Shown here in pieces: positions 15,113-27,704 of a stretch of DNA of 51,684 nt. This DNA comes from Paramecium tetraurelia. Taxonomy: Eukaryota. A program made the position numbers and the translations under genes. The notes under the pieces are model-generated. The model worked only from the letters and a program-made list of their open reading frames with translations, was not told the origin of the DNA and searched no databases. The DNA is taken from contig CT867985.1 of assembly GCA_000165425.1 (NCBI GenBank), positions 930,001-981,684 of the forward strand, in the 5' to 3' direction. How positions within the stretch are numbered: position 1 is the stretch's first letter; every line of letters starts with the position of its first letter.

Positions 15113-16207
15113 TCATTATTGCTTTTACTTGAAGCCACCTTGATTTTTATTGGCATTCTTGTTGAAATTCTTGTTTTAATTGTCCTTATTTTATTGGGGA
15201 TTTCCTTTATTTTGAGGATGTTATTATTGTTTTCCTTGATTTTATTATTGATTTTAGGCTGGCTTTTAACCTTATTATTAGTTTCCTTTATTTTATTATT
15301 ATTGATTCTAATTCTATTATTTTTATTATTATTGATTTTAGTTTTATTATTTTTATTATTATTATTATTACTATCCTTTTTATTAAGGTTTAGTTTACTC
15401 TTACTTAGGCTTTTGCTTTTATCCCTCATTGTTTTTAACAAACTTTTATTAGGCTACAAAATAAGTTAAATTTTATACGTTTTTATTCTTCAGATTCATC
15501 TTCATCTTCATCATCATCCAAATCTCCATCATCTAAGTCATTTTCATCAAAATCATCAAGACCCTCATCATCTTCATCGTCATCCCATTCCTCATCAGCC
15601 TTTTTTGGTTGTTGTTATTATGGCTTTGGTTATTATTATTATGGTTTTTATTATTATTATGTTGGTTTCTATTGTTATTATCCTTATTGAGGTTTGGATT
15701 ATGGTTATTCTTATTTTTCTTTATTTTATTTTTAAGTTTATTATTATAATTATTATTATGGTTATTATTTAGATTATTCTTTTTTCTTTGTTTATTGAAC
15801 TGGTTCTGGACTTTCTTCGCTAGCTTCCTCATCTTGGCTTAGGGTTTACTCATCATCATCAGATAATCCCTCCTTGAGTTAAATTAAAGTCATACTTCAT
15901 TATCTAATTCAGGTTCGATATATCCAGAAACATGAATAGTTCCTTTTCCTTTCACTCCAAATTCTACCTATTGGTCAGCTCTGAAATACAAGTCCAAAGA
16001 GACTTATTCCAACTAAATATATTAATAATTAAATACCTTGTTTTTCTCAAGATTGGCAAGGATGAATTCTTTTCCTTATACTTTTGCATAAACTTAAATT
16101 TTATTTTCTCCTTCAGAAATGGCAACATTAGAAACATGGATAACATCTGCTTCTTCTGCTGTTAATTTGTGAGTTTTTCCTTGTGATATTTGAGTTCCCC
16201 AAAACAT
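15113..16207 (-). CDS. Nucleoplasmin-like (NPL; HD2/FKBP39-type) histone chaperone with acidic and Q/N/K-rich tail
   Basis: MFWGTQISQGK..VIHVSNVAI..FILANL..QVSLDLYF..VEFGVKGKGTIHVSGY followed by D/E tracts; three introns. Confidence 0.88.
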
Positions 16208-16630
16208 TTTAAATAATTTAATTTAAAATTTAGATATTTTTAAAAGAAAGAATTCAAGAAAAATATTAACAACCCTTTTTAATATTTAAAAATATGAAGG
16301 ATTATCATTTAAAATAAGATAAGATTTATTTAATATTGGTATGTAATTAAAAGAAAGTTAGGATAATTAATATGCATATGCTACCGACCATTAGGAAGTG
16401 ATTTATTATAAAATAATTATAATCTGAGAATATAGAGAAGCTGATTATAAATATTTTATATAAAATAATAATTAATGATTACTATAATCTAAATAAATAA
16501 ATGATGAGAAAATTATTAATTAAGAAATTATGGTATATGATCTTATTGCAATGAGTTTAAATTTTAGACTGATTATTGTATTTTTATTTAAAATAATAAT
16601 AAACAAAATTCTGGAATCAAGTGTTGGGAT

Positions 16631-18313
16631 ATGAGCGATTTTGAAACATTAGAAAATGATTTAGGGAATAAATACTGCAATTTCCAAGAAATTGGTTTTG
16701 GTTCTTTCGCTACAGTGTTTCATGCAGAATGTCTAACCACAAAAAGGAATGTTGCAATTAAGGTTGATATTTATAATTAGAATAGATGATCAGCAAATAA
16801 GGATTGCAAGTCCAAATCCTACACTATTTAAATTAAGAAATAGAAATTTTAAAAAGATGTAATCATGAAAACATCATTAAATTTTATGAAAAATATGAAA
16901 CAAAGAATACTGTTTATATTGTGTTAGAAGAATGCAAGAAGGATCTTGGAGTTATCTATGAAGAATATTTTGATTGTGAGATGCCAGAGAAGTATGTGAT
17001 ATTTATAATTCTATAATTGATTGAGGGTTTTAAATAACTTCACTAATAATTCATCATCCACAGAGATATAAAACTTGAAAATATTATGGTTTAGATGACT
17101 GATTACTAATTGGAATAATTAAAACAAAGATAATTTGATGTCCTCTTTTCAGCAAAGTTCAAGATAGCAGATATGGGATTATCCAAATAACTTGCAAGTC
17201 AAACTGATCTAGCATAAACTTATGCAGGTTCGCCTATGACTATGGGTATTATATCATATAAATCTAGCTCCCGAGATCCTTGAAAATAAATCTTACGGAA
17301 GACAGGCAGATATTTTCTCTCTAGGAGTAATTATGTTTTAATTGCTCTTTGGGAGATTCCCTTTTAAAAATGAGAAGGATCACATAAGTGAAATACAGAA
17401 GCAAACAATATCCTTCTAAGATTCATAAATCAAAATTTCCAATTCAATGAAAACCATTATTTAATCAATGCTAAAATATGATCCAAATTAAAGAATATAA
17501 CTGAATGAATTGAAATAAGAATTAACAAATTTGTTGAAAGAAAGTAAAATTATTTTTGAATTTGATGACGATCAAGAATCCAATTCAAATTCAGATTTAG
17601 ATCAGGATCAAGATCAAGAGAGCTTATTAGAATAAGAGATGGAAGAAGGAACTGTAAAGTAAGAAATAGAATAATAATAAGAGAATGATGAATAATTTGA
17701 AATATTAACTATAGATAAAAATGATGATGATAAATTAATAGAAGAATTATACAATCAAAGAAAATAATATTTATTATTGGCAAAGGCTCATCAATAGATT
17801 TATGAACAGGATATTGTTGATCAGTTTTACAATTATGATTAATATTAGGAGTGTGCCAAATAATTGTATTGTCATTTAAAATCATAATTGAATGAAGAAC
17901 AATATCACCAAGTCTAGGCATGTTAATATTTGAAGGAATTGATTTCTAATGAAGATTATCACTTATTTAATACACAAGAAATTGTTTAAGATTACAAATA
18001 AGAATCCCTCTTAGGCTTTATAAAATAATCAATATTTGGAACCCCATAAAAATAATCATTGGAAAGCTAGTTAAACGAGATAAGATCAATAAATTTACAA
18101 TTAATAGAGAGTTTAAGAAATGAAATTAAAAATGAGAAATAATAATACTTGTTAATTACTTTAGTTCAATTAGAAATGTTCTTTAAGAAACAAACACAGG
18201 AATATGAAAAATTAGACTATAATTTGTTTAACTTAGATTAAGAAGCATTAGACTAAGATCCTAAATAATTGTAAAATATTTTAGATTAAATATTCACTAA
18301 TATCTTAACTTGA
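16631..18313 (+). CDS. Ser/Thr protein kinase, ULK/ATG1-like
   Basis: IGFGSFATV, VAIK, IIHRDIKLEN, KIADMGLS, TYAGSPMTMAPE, ADIFSLG; acidic/coiled C-terminal half; two introns. Confidence 0.9.
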
Positions 18314-18361
18314 TATTTGATATGTATTTTATTGAAAAACAATACTAATTTTTATTTTAAA

Positions 18362-20775
18362 ATGACTGAAAAAAGTGAAAGACCTCACATAAAAAAGTTC
18401 TAAACATTCTTTAACGAAGCCCCATCAAAAACCATATGGAGAACTAAAACTTTCACCTAAGCCTTTATTTCACGTGTTACAAAGCCTGCTACCTCAGTCT
18501 AAAAACTGAAACAATTTTTACATGATGTTTTTCCAATTGTAAAAGGGAAAACTAATGAGAAAACGGAGTAATTCAAGATCAATTTAAAAAAAAAAAATAC
18601 TTATGACCATATTCCTAATCCTTCTAAAGTTTCCACTATTGGGAAAATCGATAGACTCTTCAAAACAGAATCTGGATAAATTGAAGATAAAAATTAATCT
18701 AAGGCTGAGCATCTGAAAAGATGTATAACTCCTTAGAGTAGAATTGAAAACAATTGCAATTCTAGTTTAGCAATATCTTAGTTGGAGGAATAATTAATTG
18801 ACAAAAATGCAGCATCTTATGTAAACATGACACTTGATATTTCGATGAATACAAATGTTTTATAATAAATGGCTCTACCTTCTAATCAATCTCATCGAGA
18901 ACTAAACTTTGATGCAATATCCAATCCTATATTAGAGAAGCCAGAATCATAAGAAAATATATTATTAGACTAAATTAAAGATGGGGCTATTGAATCAGAA
19001 CAGGATGACTAAAATAAATGGAAATAAGTGAAAAATAAGGCTTCGGCCTTTAATGCTGTAACAGAACCTTATAGAAATAAGTAAAAATTTTTCAGTTTCT
19101 TTACGGATGCTCCATAAAAAATAGCCTTAAAAACTAAAAAAACACAAAAAAGATTGGAAGCAAAGTTATCAAACAAACCTTAAATAGAAAGTCAAAATTA
19201 GGATTCTTAAAACAATGAAATCAAATTAGCAGAGATGAAAAAGATTGAGAATGAATAGCAATCGGATGAATAAAAGGAAAATAACCTAGAACAAAGTGTC
19301 TAAAAGGATGAAAATAAGATAGAAAATTTTCAAGAATAGGAGCAAGTAATATAAACTAATTAATCAAAACCTTAGACAGATTTGACTTATAATATTAATG
19401 ATGCTTAGATTACTAATTAAGATATTGATATTGATAATTAGAACAACTCAAAAAAACATTAACAAAGTGTAGTGAATTTTATCTCAAGTAGTGGTGCTTT
19501 AATGAAAAAAAAAACAATGGAAATGTTTTCTTAAATAGAAAACAAAATTAAATTACAAGAGGGGCAAAGAGTTAGTTTTAGAACATAAAATTAAACTGAT
19601 GTTGAAAATATCAAAAATGACAGTGTTTAAAAAAATCAAAATTTCCAAATAGAGAAAAAAAATGTTAATTAAGTTTAAGAAATTCGAGATTAAGCTTAAA
19701 TTTCTGATCAAGATGAATATGACTCTTAAGTGGAACCTTATTTGGAAGAAGATTTAAAAATTTCAAATAAAGACTCAAACAATTAATTTAATTATCAATA
19801 TGAAAATTTTAACTAAATCAATGATTCATAACTAAACAGCAGAGGAGAGTTATAATCTAATGATAAACATCCTTAAGAAATAACTAAAATTGAAAAAGAA
19901 TCAGTTCATTAAGATAGTTTTGAATCTATCCCAATTTTTGATAATTTTAAAGAGGGGCCTAAAGATACATCAAGGGATTAAAAAAGCAAAATTACTATTT
20001 AAGATAATGAATCCAATTAGTTAACAAGTAAATTATTTAATAAAGATGAATTGAGATAACAATATGATGAGATTAATTAAGAAATTTAATAATTACATTT
20101 TGAAAAATAATAATTGTTGCCAAAAAAAAAGTAAATATTTATTGTAGGTTAGTATTTTAATTAAAAGCACATTCAAGCCTAATTATAAGAAATTGGCAGA
20201 AATCTCTGATGATAATGAAGCGCTCTATAAAGCAAAAGATTTAGTCAGGAAAATGAACCAAAAAAGAAAAGATAAAGAAGAGAGAACTAAAAAATAATAC
20301 GATAAAATTGAAGAATATTTCCATAATCTATAATATCTAAAAGAAAGTCAAGAGGTTAATTACTATCTATAATATTTAGGAAATGAAAAATAGGTATGAA
20401 ATACAAAGGAAACTTTAAATTTAAAATAGAATAGAGGATTATTAAAAAAAATAAAAAGAATTTGCTCAATTGCAAAAGATTAGTCACAATTTTGTTTAAA
20501 AATTGATAAATGTAGGTCCATAGCAGGGTCAACTAGCTAAAGAATTTGAAGATAATGTTGTTTCTATAAAGGGAGGATATAGAAAAGTTAAGCTTAAGAA
20601 CTTAGGTATTGAGTTGCCAAAAATTAATGAAAATAATAATAATGCAATGTTCAGAAGGTGAGCATTAATTTTAAATAATAGATATATGAATGAGGAATAA
20701 GTAAAGGCTAAATAAGATGAAATGATTAGGAAATATGAAGCAAGTAGATAGGCTCTTTTTAAATCAACGGATTGA
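18362..20775 (+). CDS. Hypothetical low-complexity Q/N/E/K-rich protein
   Basis: Long code-6 ORF from MTEKSERPHIKKF.. to ..FKSTD* with short introns in the 3' part; no family recognised. Confidence 0.72.
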
Positions 20776-20824
20776 ATTTAGTTGCATGTTTTTATATAAT
20801 ATTTATATTGTTTGAGTAGAAAAA

Positions 20825-21169
20825 ATGAAAGTAAACAATATACTAATATTAAAAAATCGAGAAGACTTATATACTAGACGCAAACAAGCAATTTTTACCA
20901 AGTTGGCTAAAGAGAAGAAGGCTGTTGATATCTAATAGACGTAAAGAGTCAATAAGATGCTTTAAATCAGCCTAATGGATATAGAAAATTTTACAAATGT
21001 TTGTCAATCCTACGAATTCAATAGACATAAGGATGCAAAAAGTTTAAATTCTAACAGAGATCATTCTATCTCTAGAGGTAGATGTTCAAATCAGATTTTT
21101 CTGAATAAACTTGATCTAACTCCCAGAATTGATAGTTGTAATTACTGGTATGATTTGTAATACATTTGA
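20825..21169 (+). CDS. Small hypothetical protein (114 aa)
   Basis: Intronless code-6 ORF MKVNNILILKNREDLYTRRK..NYWYDLQYI*. Confidence 0.6.
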
Positions 21170-21290
21170 GGGCAAAAATTGTTTATAAGTAGAGTAAACA
21201 TGACGCGGATAAAAATTTTAAGTATTTATGAATATATCAATTTTATATTTGAGCTATTTTTTATTTCAAATTATTTAAATTAACAAAACA

Positions 21291-23110
21291 ATGAAGCTCA
21301 ATAATATATACAAAATCGGAATTGCTACATCAGTGGTGATCTTATTTGCACTATCAGCTTATTATTGCTGGAATTCTTCTGAAGATTGTATTTTATTCAC
21401 TAAATTAGATGTCTCTAATATTTTTCCACCCTAAGTTGATAATGATCTATCTTTTTTTTCACAAAGTGTCTGCCAGCGTGTCAAAAACACAGAGCTATTT
21501 TAGGGTTGGAAGAAAATTAATGAATAGGCTCTTTAATTAAACGAGAGATATTCTTCTGAATTATTGAAAAAAGCCGCCTTTGTTATTGAATAACTAAAAA
21601 AGAACCAATAAATTTATACATAATCTTAAGGTTTATATATAAGTACTTAAATGTAGGTGAGGGTTAATAATTTTAGTATTACTAAAAAAATCTCAAAGAG
21701 TGTGTAAATCGAACTAAATTTTTAAAATTTGAGTTGGAAGAAGTCAAAAATAAAACTAATCAGATCATATTAGAGGAAAATTCTGAAATTTAGAAGATTA
21801 GTGAAAATATTGAAGATCACTAAAATGGAGTAATAAAAATTATTTATATCTTAGTTAAAAGACTTGAATAATTAGCATTAGGAAAAGAAAAGAAATTTGA
21901 ATCTTGTTATAGAAACTTTGAAAAGCTTGATCGATCAAAAAGAAAGGCTTCGTCGAAGTTATAAGAATGAATAAGAATTAAAGGATTATCAAAAAGAATT
22001 GGAGCATGATATTAATAAAATCAATAATTCAATAGCATCTTAGGAACTCAATATATCAGTATTCAAATCAAGGATTGAAGAGCAGGAAACTAATGTTTCT
22101 AAAATTACTAAACGCTTTGAGATTGTGAATAATCAACTTCAAGATCTTAAAGCTGTAAAAATTTATACTAATTTTTCAGTTAGAATAATATTTTCGTCAA
22201 GATGATCTCTACATTAAGGAGGATGTACCTATTGTCCAAGTCATCTATGAATACTCTAATACCTTAAAGGATAGAGAGGAAAACTTGAAAATCTTAGCTA
22301 AGAAGGAAAAAGATCCAATTCAAAGACAAAAAAATCTTGAGGCTTTAAATGAAATACAGAAGGCTCAATAGATTTCATCCAAAATGTATAATAGTTTGCT
22401 TGAGATTAAACTTGAATGTAAGTAGGATGACTGCACCATTGGAACAACTTTGGAAGATTTGAAATTATCTGATTTAAAAGAAGAAATTTAAAAAAAATAA
22501 AGTAATCTTACATCTAAACATAGCCATATACAATATAATATATTCAGAAAAATAATCTATGGAATTTAATCTACAACAATTAATGTAACAATTAGACAAT
22601 GAAAATTCAGCATACATGATAAATAAATAAAAATTAAATAAACTCATTGAGAACTAGAATTTACTTAATAAAACTAAGAACCAATCAGAGGAACTTTAAA
22701 AGCTAACAAGCAAAATAGAATAATATGAATTAAAGAAAAATTAACTTCAAGAAGAAGTTGACAAATTACAAAATACTGCCAGTGATTAATAACATTTGAT
22801 AGATGCCGAAGCTGACAAGGTTAATGAGAAGAAGAAAAAAGTTGAAACCTTACAAATCGAAAGAAATATATCAATTAACGACAAAAATTCTGAACTTTAT
22901 AAATAAGTTAAGGAATGCATTAAGTAAAAAAAAATATATGATAATTTTGTACAAAAATAATCGAATTTGATAGAGAAGGCTAATGAAATCAAAGTAGTTG
23001 TTCAAACTGAGGTTAGATAGATAGAATCAATGCTGAATGAATACAAAGTTACTTATTAAGATTTGAACCTTCAATCAAATTATGATAGTGAAAGGAGACA
23101 AGATTTATGA
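21291..23110 (+). CDS. Signal/TM-anchored coiled-coil protein ending in RQDL
   Basis: Hydrophobic N-terminus IGIATSVVILFALSAYYCW; long heptad-rich Q/E/K body; ends ..SERRQDL*; several introns. Confidence 0.75.
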
Positions 23111-23218
23111 TTATGATATTTTTAAATTATACTTAATAAGGTTTCATAGACATTTGATGTATATAATTACTTCAAATCAAGAGAAGACTTTAATTAATTA
23201 AATTAGTAATACTAAAAA

Positions 23219-24549
23219 ATGAATTAAATCATCCATGCTAGTTTGTAAAGAAACGAATTCTATAATAAAAGGTATATCATAAAATAGATTAAAAAGTTAC
23301 ATTGAGAAATAGGTTTCTAATTAAACTTCGTCAACTGAGAAGTCATGTTAAATGGATACTGAGTTCGATTGTGAAATGATTAAAAAAGTTTAGTCAACTG
23401 TAAATATATAATTTAAATTTAGTGTGACTCTAGTGTTTAGGGCAACTCCTCGTAAGAAACAAACTTTATGAAATGTGAAAATACACCTTAAATACACCAA
23501 AAAATGGAATCTTTATGTATTGATGAAGAATCTTTCAATTTGGATGAAGTTCTTTTTAATGAATGTGATAACTTAAGTCATATCTCTGAAAATGCCAACA
23601 TTTGTGAAAAATGGTAAGAAGAATCCATTCATAGTTTTATCTATGAATAGAAAGTAAATGAAGAGGAGGAGGAAAGAAAACTTAAAGAAAATAACTACTT
23701 TTACCTTTTAAAACAAATGGAAGAGACAGTGAAAATAGAGAGAATTCCAGAACATTTAAAAAATATAATAGAAACTTTAAAATTTAAAGTTATTTCTATT
23801 GGGCCTTTAAAATTATAATGTTAATAAGGTCATCAATGGGAAGCAAAATTTGACGATCTAACTCATGAATATGAATGTGAATAGTGTCATGATATGTAAA
23901 TAAATTATTTATCCAAGTAAACAATCTCAATAAAAATTGAAGCTTAATTAATAGTCATAAAATCAATAACCTAAAAAACATGGTAAATGTATACTTAATC
24001 CATAACATCCAGGATAAACTAGATGTAAAGAATGCAAATAGTTATTAAAACAACAATTGAAAAAACAGAAATAAGAAAATATTAGGCAAACGAATGATAT
24101 GTAAAAATTCATTCTAAAATTAAAGGTATGAGAAACTTTAAAATGAATTATACATGAAAGCTGTCAGATTATTATCTTAAGGCAATAGTGCTGAAAAATA
24201 GAAGATTATTAGAGCTTTTAGAGAAACTGAAGTCGAAGTAGATAAAGCTGCGATGAATCATGCTAACCGCTATTGTGCTAAACAGGGAATTAGTTCGTCG
24301 GAATAACTGTAATAGATTATGGTCGTTTATAAAATGCTGCTGCTCCCGGAAGGAGCTTTGAAGAAATATGCTTAGAGCCAGTAGAAGGCTATTTTGAAAC
24401 AAGAATACAAAACTTATGCAAAATCAGTACATCCAGACAAGAATTCTCATCCTTAATGTTGCGTTGCATTTTAGAAGCTGAAAAAGTTTTGGGTAGACAT
24501 ACCCAAAACGGGTATGAGTAGTGATATAAGTTCTTCTTAATAACAGTGA
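23219..24549 (+). CDS. Zinc-ribbon plus C-terminal J-domain protein (start may be 23219 or 23235)
   Basis: YKCQQGHQWEAK..YECEQC zinc ribbon; LKQEYKTYAKSVHPDKNSHPQCCVAFQKL (HPD motif). Confidence 0.8.
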
Positions 24550-24628
24550 GCTACGCAATTTAATCAGAGGTTTGAAGATATATAGGACATATATATAAAA
24601 ATATTAAATAATTTATTATTTATTATTT

Positions 24629-26157
24629 ATGGTAAAGTAATTATTCACAGAATAAGAGAAATAAGATCTATTGAAAAAGAAAGCAAAAGAGATAAGAGAG
24701 GAGTTTTTTTAAACTTATGTTCCAATATAAAATGCAGAGGAGTCAGAGAAGAAGAAACTGATGAAAAAAGTCCCATGGAATGAACATATGACAGCAACTT
24801 CAGATGATAAAATATTAATAGATGCAACTTTGGGAAATGAGGAAGCATAAAGGGAAGTGTAAATTTATCAAATTACCTTTGCAAATGTGTAGAGATCAAT
24901 AGCATACTTAACATAAGAAGGAGTAAAATATTATTTAATTAATTAAGGTTCCTGTTCAAAGACCTGATGATTTTGAAGTTGAAATGTTTAAGAGTCCTAA
25001 ATAAATGGATAAAATCAATCTAAAAATTGAGAAAAAGAGGGATGAAAAAAATAAAAAAGAAGAAGAAAAAATGAAAAAGCATAGTAAAAAATTAAACAAA
25101 TAAATGAAAATCAAAAAAATGAGAGAAGAACATAAAGAAAAAAGATAAAACAAGGTTGCCATTGAGTAATGGAAAAAAGAAATCAAAGAAAAAGGAAGTG
25201 ATAAAGCTAGGGACTTAGATGAAATTATCAAGTAAAATAATTAAATATCAAAAAAATTTAAGAAGGATAAAAACTAATAACAAGATGGTATTAAAAAAAA
25301 TAGTATGTTTAAATAAAAGAATGGTAAGTTTAAGAAGACAGGCAAGATGAGAACATAAGACAATTCATTCCAAAAAGGGGAAAACAGAAATTTTGGATAA
25401 AGATCATAAAGCTCTGATGGATTTAGAAATAATAAGTTTGAAGGAAAACCATAAAATAGTAGAAGTTTCTCAGCTTAAGGTGGCTAAAGAAATAATAAAT
25501 AATTTGGTGGTGATAGCCATAGTTAAGAAAGAAAACCCTTTGGAGGTAGAGGAAAGTCATTCGGAGGTGAAAATAGATCTGAAGGAAATTCCTTCAGAGG
25601 GAGAGGAAGAGGTAGTGAAAACAGATCTGAAGGAAACTCTTTCAGAGGAAGAGGAAGAGGAGGAGATAGTAGATCTTAAGGAAACTCTTTCAGAGGAAGA
25701 GGAAGAGGTGGTGATAATAGATCTTAAGGAACTTCTTTCAGAGGAAGAGGAAGAGGAGGTGACAATAGATCCGACGGAAATTCTTTTAGAGGAAGAGGAG
25801 GGAAGTCTTTTGGAGGAAGAGGAAAATCATTTGGAAGTGATAATAATTCTGAAGGAAAATCTTTTGGAGGAAGAGGAAGAGGAAGAGGTGGTTAATTCGG
25901 CGGACAAAGAGGCGGTAGGTCTTTTGGAGGTAGAGGAAAATCATTCGGAAATGAAAATAGATCTGAAGGAAAATCTTTCGGAAGAGGAGGTAAATTTGGG
26001 GGACAGCAAGGTGGTAGGCCATTTAGAGGAAAACCATAAGGTGGTAAGTCCTTCGGAGGAAAATAACATGGTGGTAATAAAAAGGGAAATTAGTCATTTA
26101 AAAGTAATAAAATCTTTTGGAAAAGGACAATCTTTCAGATAAAAAGGAAAAAAATGA
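24629..26157 (+). CDS. EBP2: rRNA-processing protein EBP2 with long RGG/SFGG C-terminal extension
   Basis: VPWNEHM..EAQREVQIYQ..GVPVQRPDDFEVEMFKSPKQMDKI..KKLNKQMK..AIEQWKK matches the Ebp2 domain; one intron. The end coordinate assumes a 1-nt insertion near 26110 (see findings). Confidence 0.85.
25584..25799 (+). repeat. 48-nt coding tandem repeat, ~4.5 copies, GNSFRGRGRGGDNRSQ
   Basis: Units start at 25584, 25632, 25680, 25728 and 25776 (ggaaa(c/t)tc(t/c)ttcagaggaagaggaagagg...). Confidence 0.9.
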
Positions 26158-26184
26158 TCATGATTCTTATTTAATCATAATTAT

Positions 26185-27643
26185 TCATTTGTATTGTTAA
26201 TAGGAAGATAAGCTCTCATTTCTACTGATATTTTAATATTCCAATGGTTGTAAACCTGAAAGGTCATTTTCATCTGCTTTGACCTAAAATTCAGGAATGA
26301 TTCCCTGGGCTTGTTTTGATAAATAAGCGCATAGAAATGAAAAGGGTAGCTTTGTAATAAATAACAGAACTCCAGTTACGACTATTATTTTTTATATCCC
26401 CATATCAGGTGTGTCTATGTCAGACCAAAGAGGCTGTAATTTGCTTTTTATATAATCTTTAATATACCACAACATATATCACTACCCATACAATGTCTAA
26501 AGCAAAGGAAACAAATGTTGCTACTGAAATTTATTTTAGCAATGTTGCATCTAAGGTTTAATTCTTAAAATTTATTGAATAAACTAGTATTATTAAAATC
26601 TAAATAATAAATCTAATTACATCTAAATAACAACATCTATCAAGAGATGATAGTGTAATTAGCAGAGCCATAATAGCCACGAGATATTTATTCAATGTTT
26701 TTTATTCAATATTCCCAATATTGTCAATTTATTTCTCTGGACTAGATTAATAAACATTTTGATTTGCATCTGAATTTGAAATTAAGGTGTTTGGAAAAAT
26801 GGCTTGAAGGGTTTGCAAATCATTTTCAAAGTCTGTAAGATCATTCTTTAATTATGAAATTTATGTATCTAATTCCTGTATGAGATCACTAAAATATTTT
26901 GTCTGCTTTAATATGAAATGTATACTTTTGAAAAAACCCATAACCCTGATAATATAACAACTCCGGAATATGGTTTTATGCACTGCAGTTTAGCCTCGAC
27001 ATTTGTTTAAGCTTAGCTATTGAATTATTGAACTGCATATGTAGCTTATCCAATGTCTATCGTTGAGCTTCCTTAATAGGCTTTAACATAGACGTTGATA
27101 ACTTCGGATCCATTTTCAATAGGACTATTCTAGTATAGTATTTTACAATTCATATGCATCATTCCAGTCTAATTCATTTTGTGATGGTGTTTAAAAGCTT
27201 GTTGTCGAACTAGACATTAAAATAAAAACTTTCATTGATAAACTTAATTTATTAACGACTGCATGCACATGATTAATCATAAGAATACTGTCCTCCATTA
27301 TTCCATACTTATTTAATTACTCCTATTTTTTAATATTTAACAGCGCCTACTATGATTATTACTTTGTCACTGTTAAGTTTTGAATTTCTATTCTTGCTTT
27401 ATCAATCTTGTTGTTAAGAATGGTTTCTGCTTATAAATACACATTAATAAAATTATGGATTGTTAATTTTTAGTAATGTTGTATTACTTATTAATGTAAT
27501 TATAAAGCAATTGAGTTATCAAAAGTGCCATGTGATTTCTCATCAAGGAATTGAAAGATCACATTCTCAGATATAGGCTAATCAAGGTCAATATTAATTT
27601 TGCGAAATTCGTTTAGCAATATGTGCTTTCTATCCAAATCCAT
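26185..27643 (-). CDS. C2-like domain plus coiled-coil multi-pass membrane protein
   Basis: QLNKYGIMEDSILMINHVHA..FQTPSQNELDWNDAYEFPIENGSEVINVYV..IDIGQATY.. (C2-like strands), then coiled coil and C-terminal hydrophobic helices; short introns. Confidence 0.7.
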
Positions 27644-27704
27644 TATTAATCGTTATTAAATAAAATATCAATTATATTTTTAAGATTAATTTATTTAAGA
27701 ATCA

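Noticed and set aside
15119..15469. Leu-rich 'membrane protein' ORF on the + strand
   Set aside because: It is the antisense shadow of the TAA/CAA (Gln)-rich tail of the nucleoplasmin-like gene on the - strand.
25393..26142. 249-aa Glu-rich repeat ORF, the longest in the supplied track
   Set aside because: It is the +1 frame shadow of the AGA-GGA (RG) repeats of EBP2; only its last ~10 codons look real.
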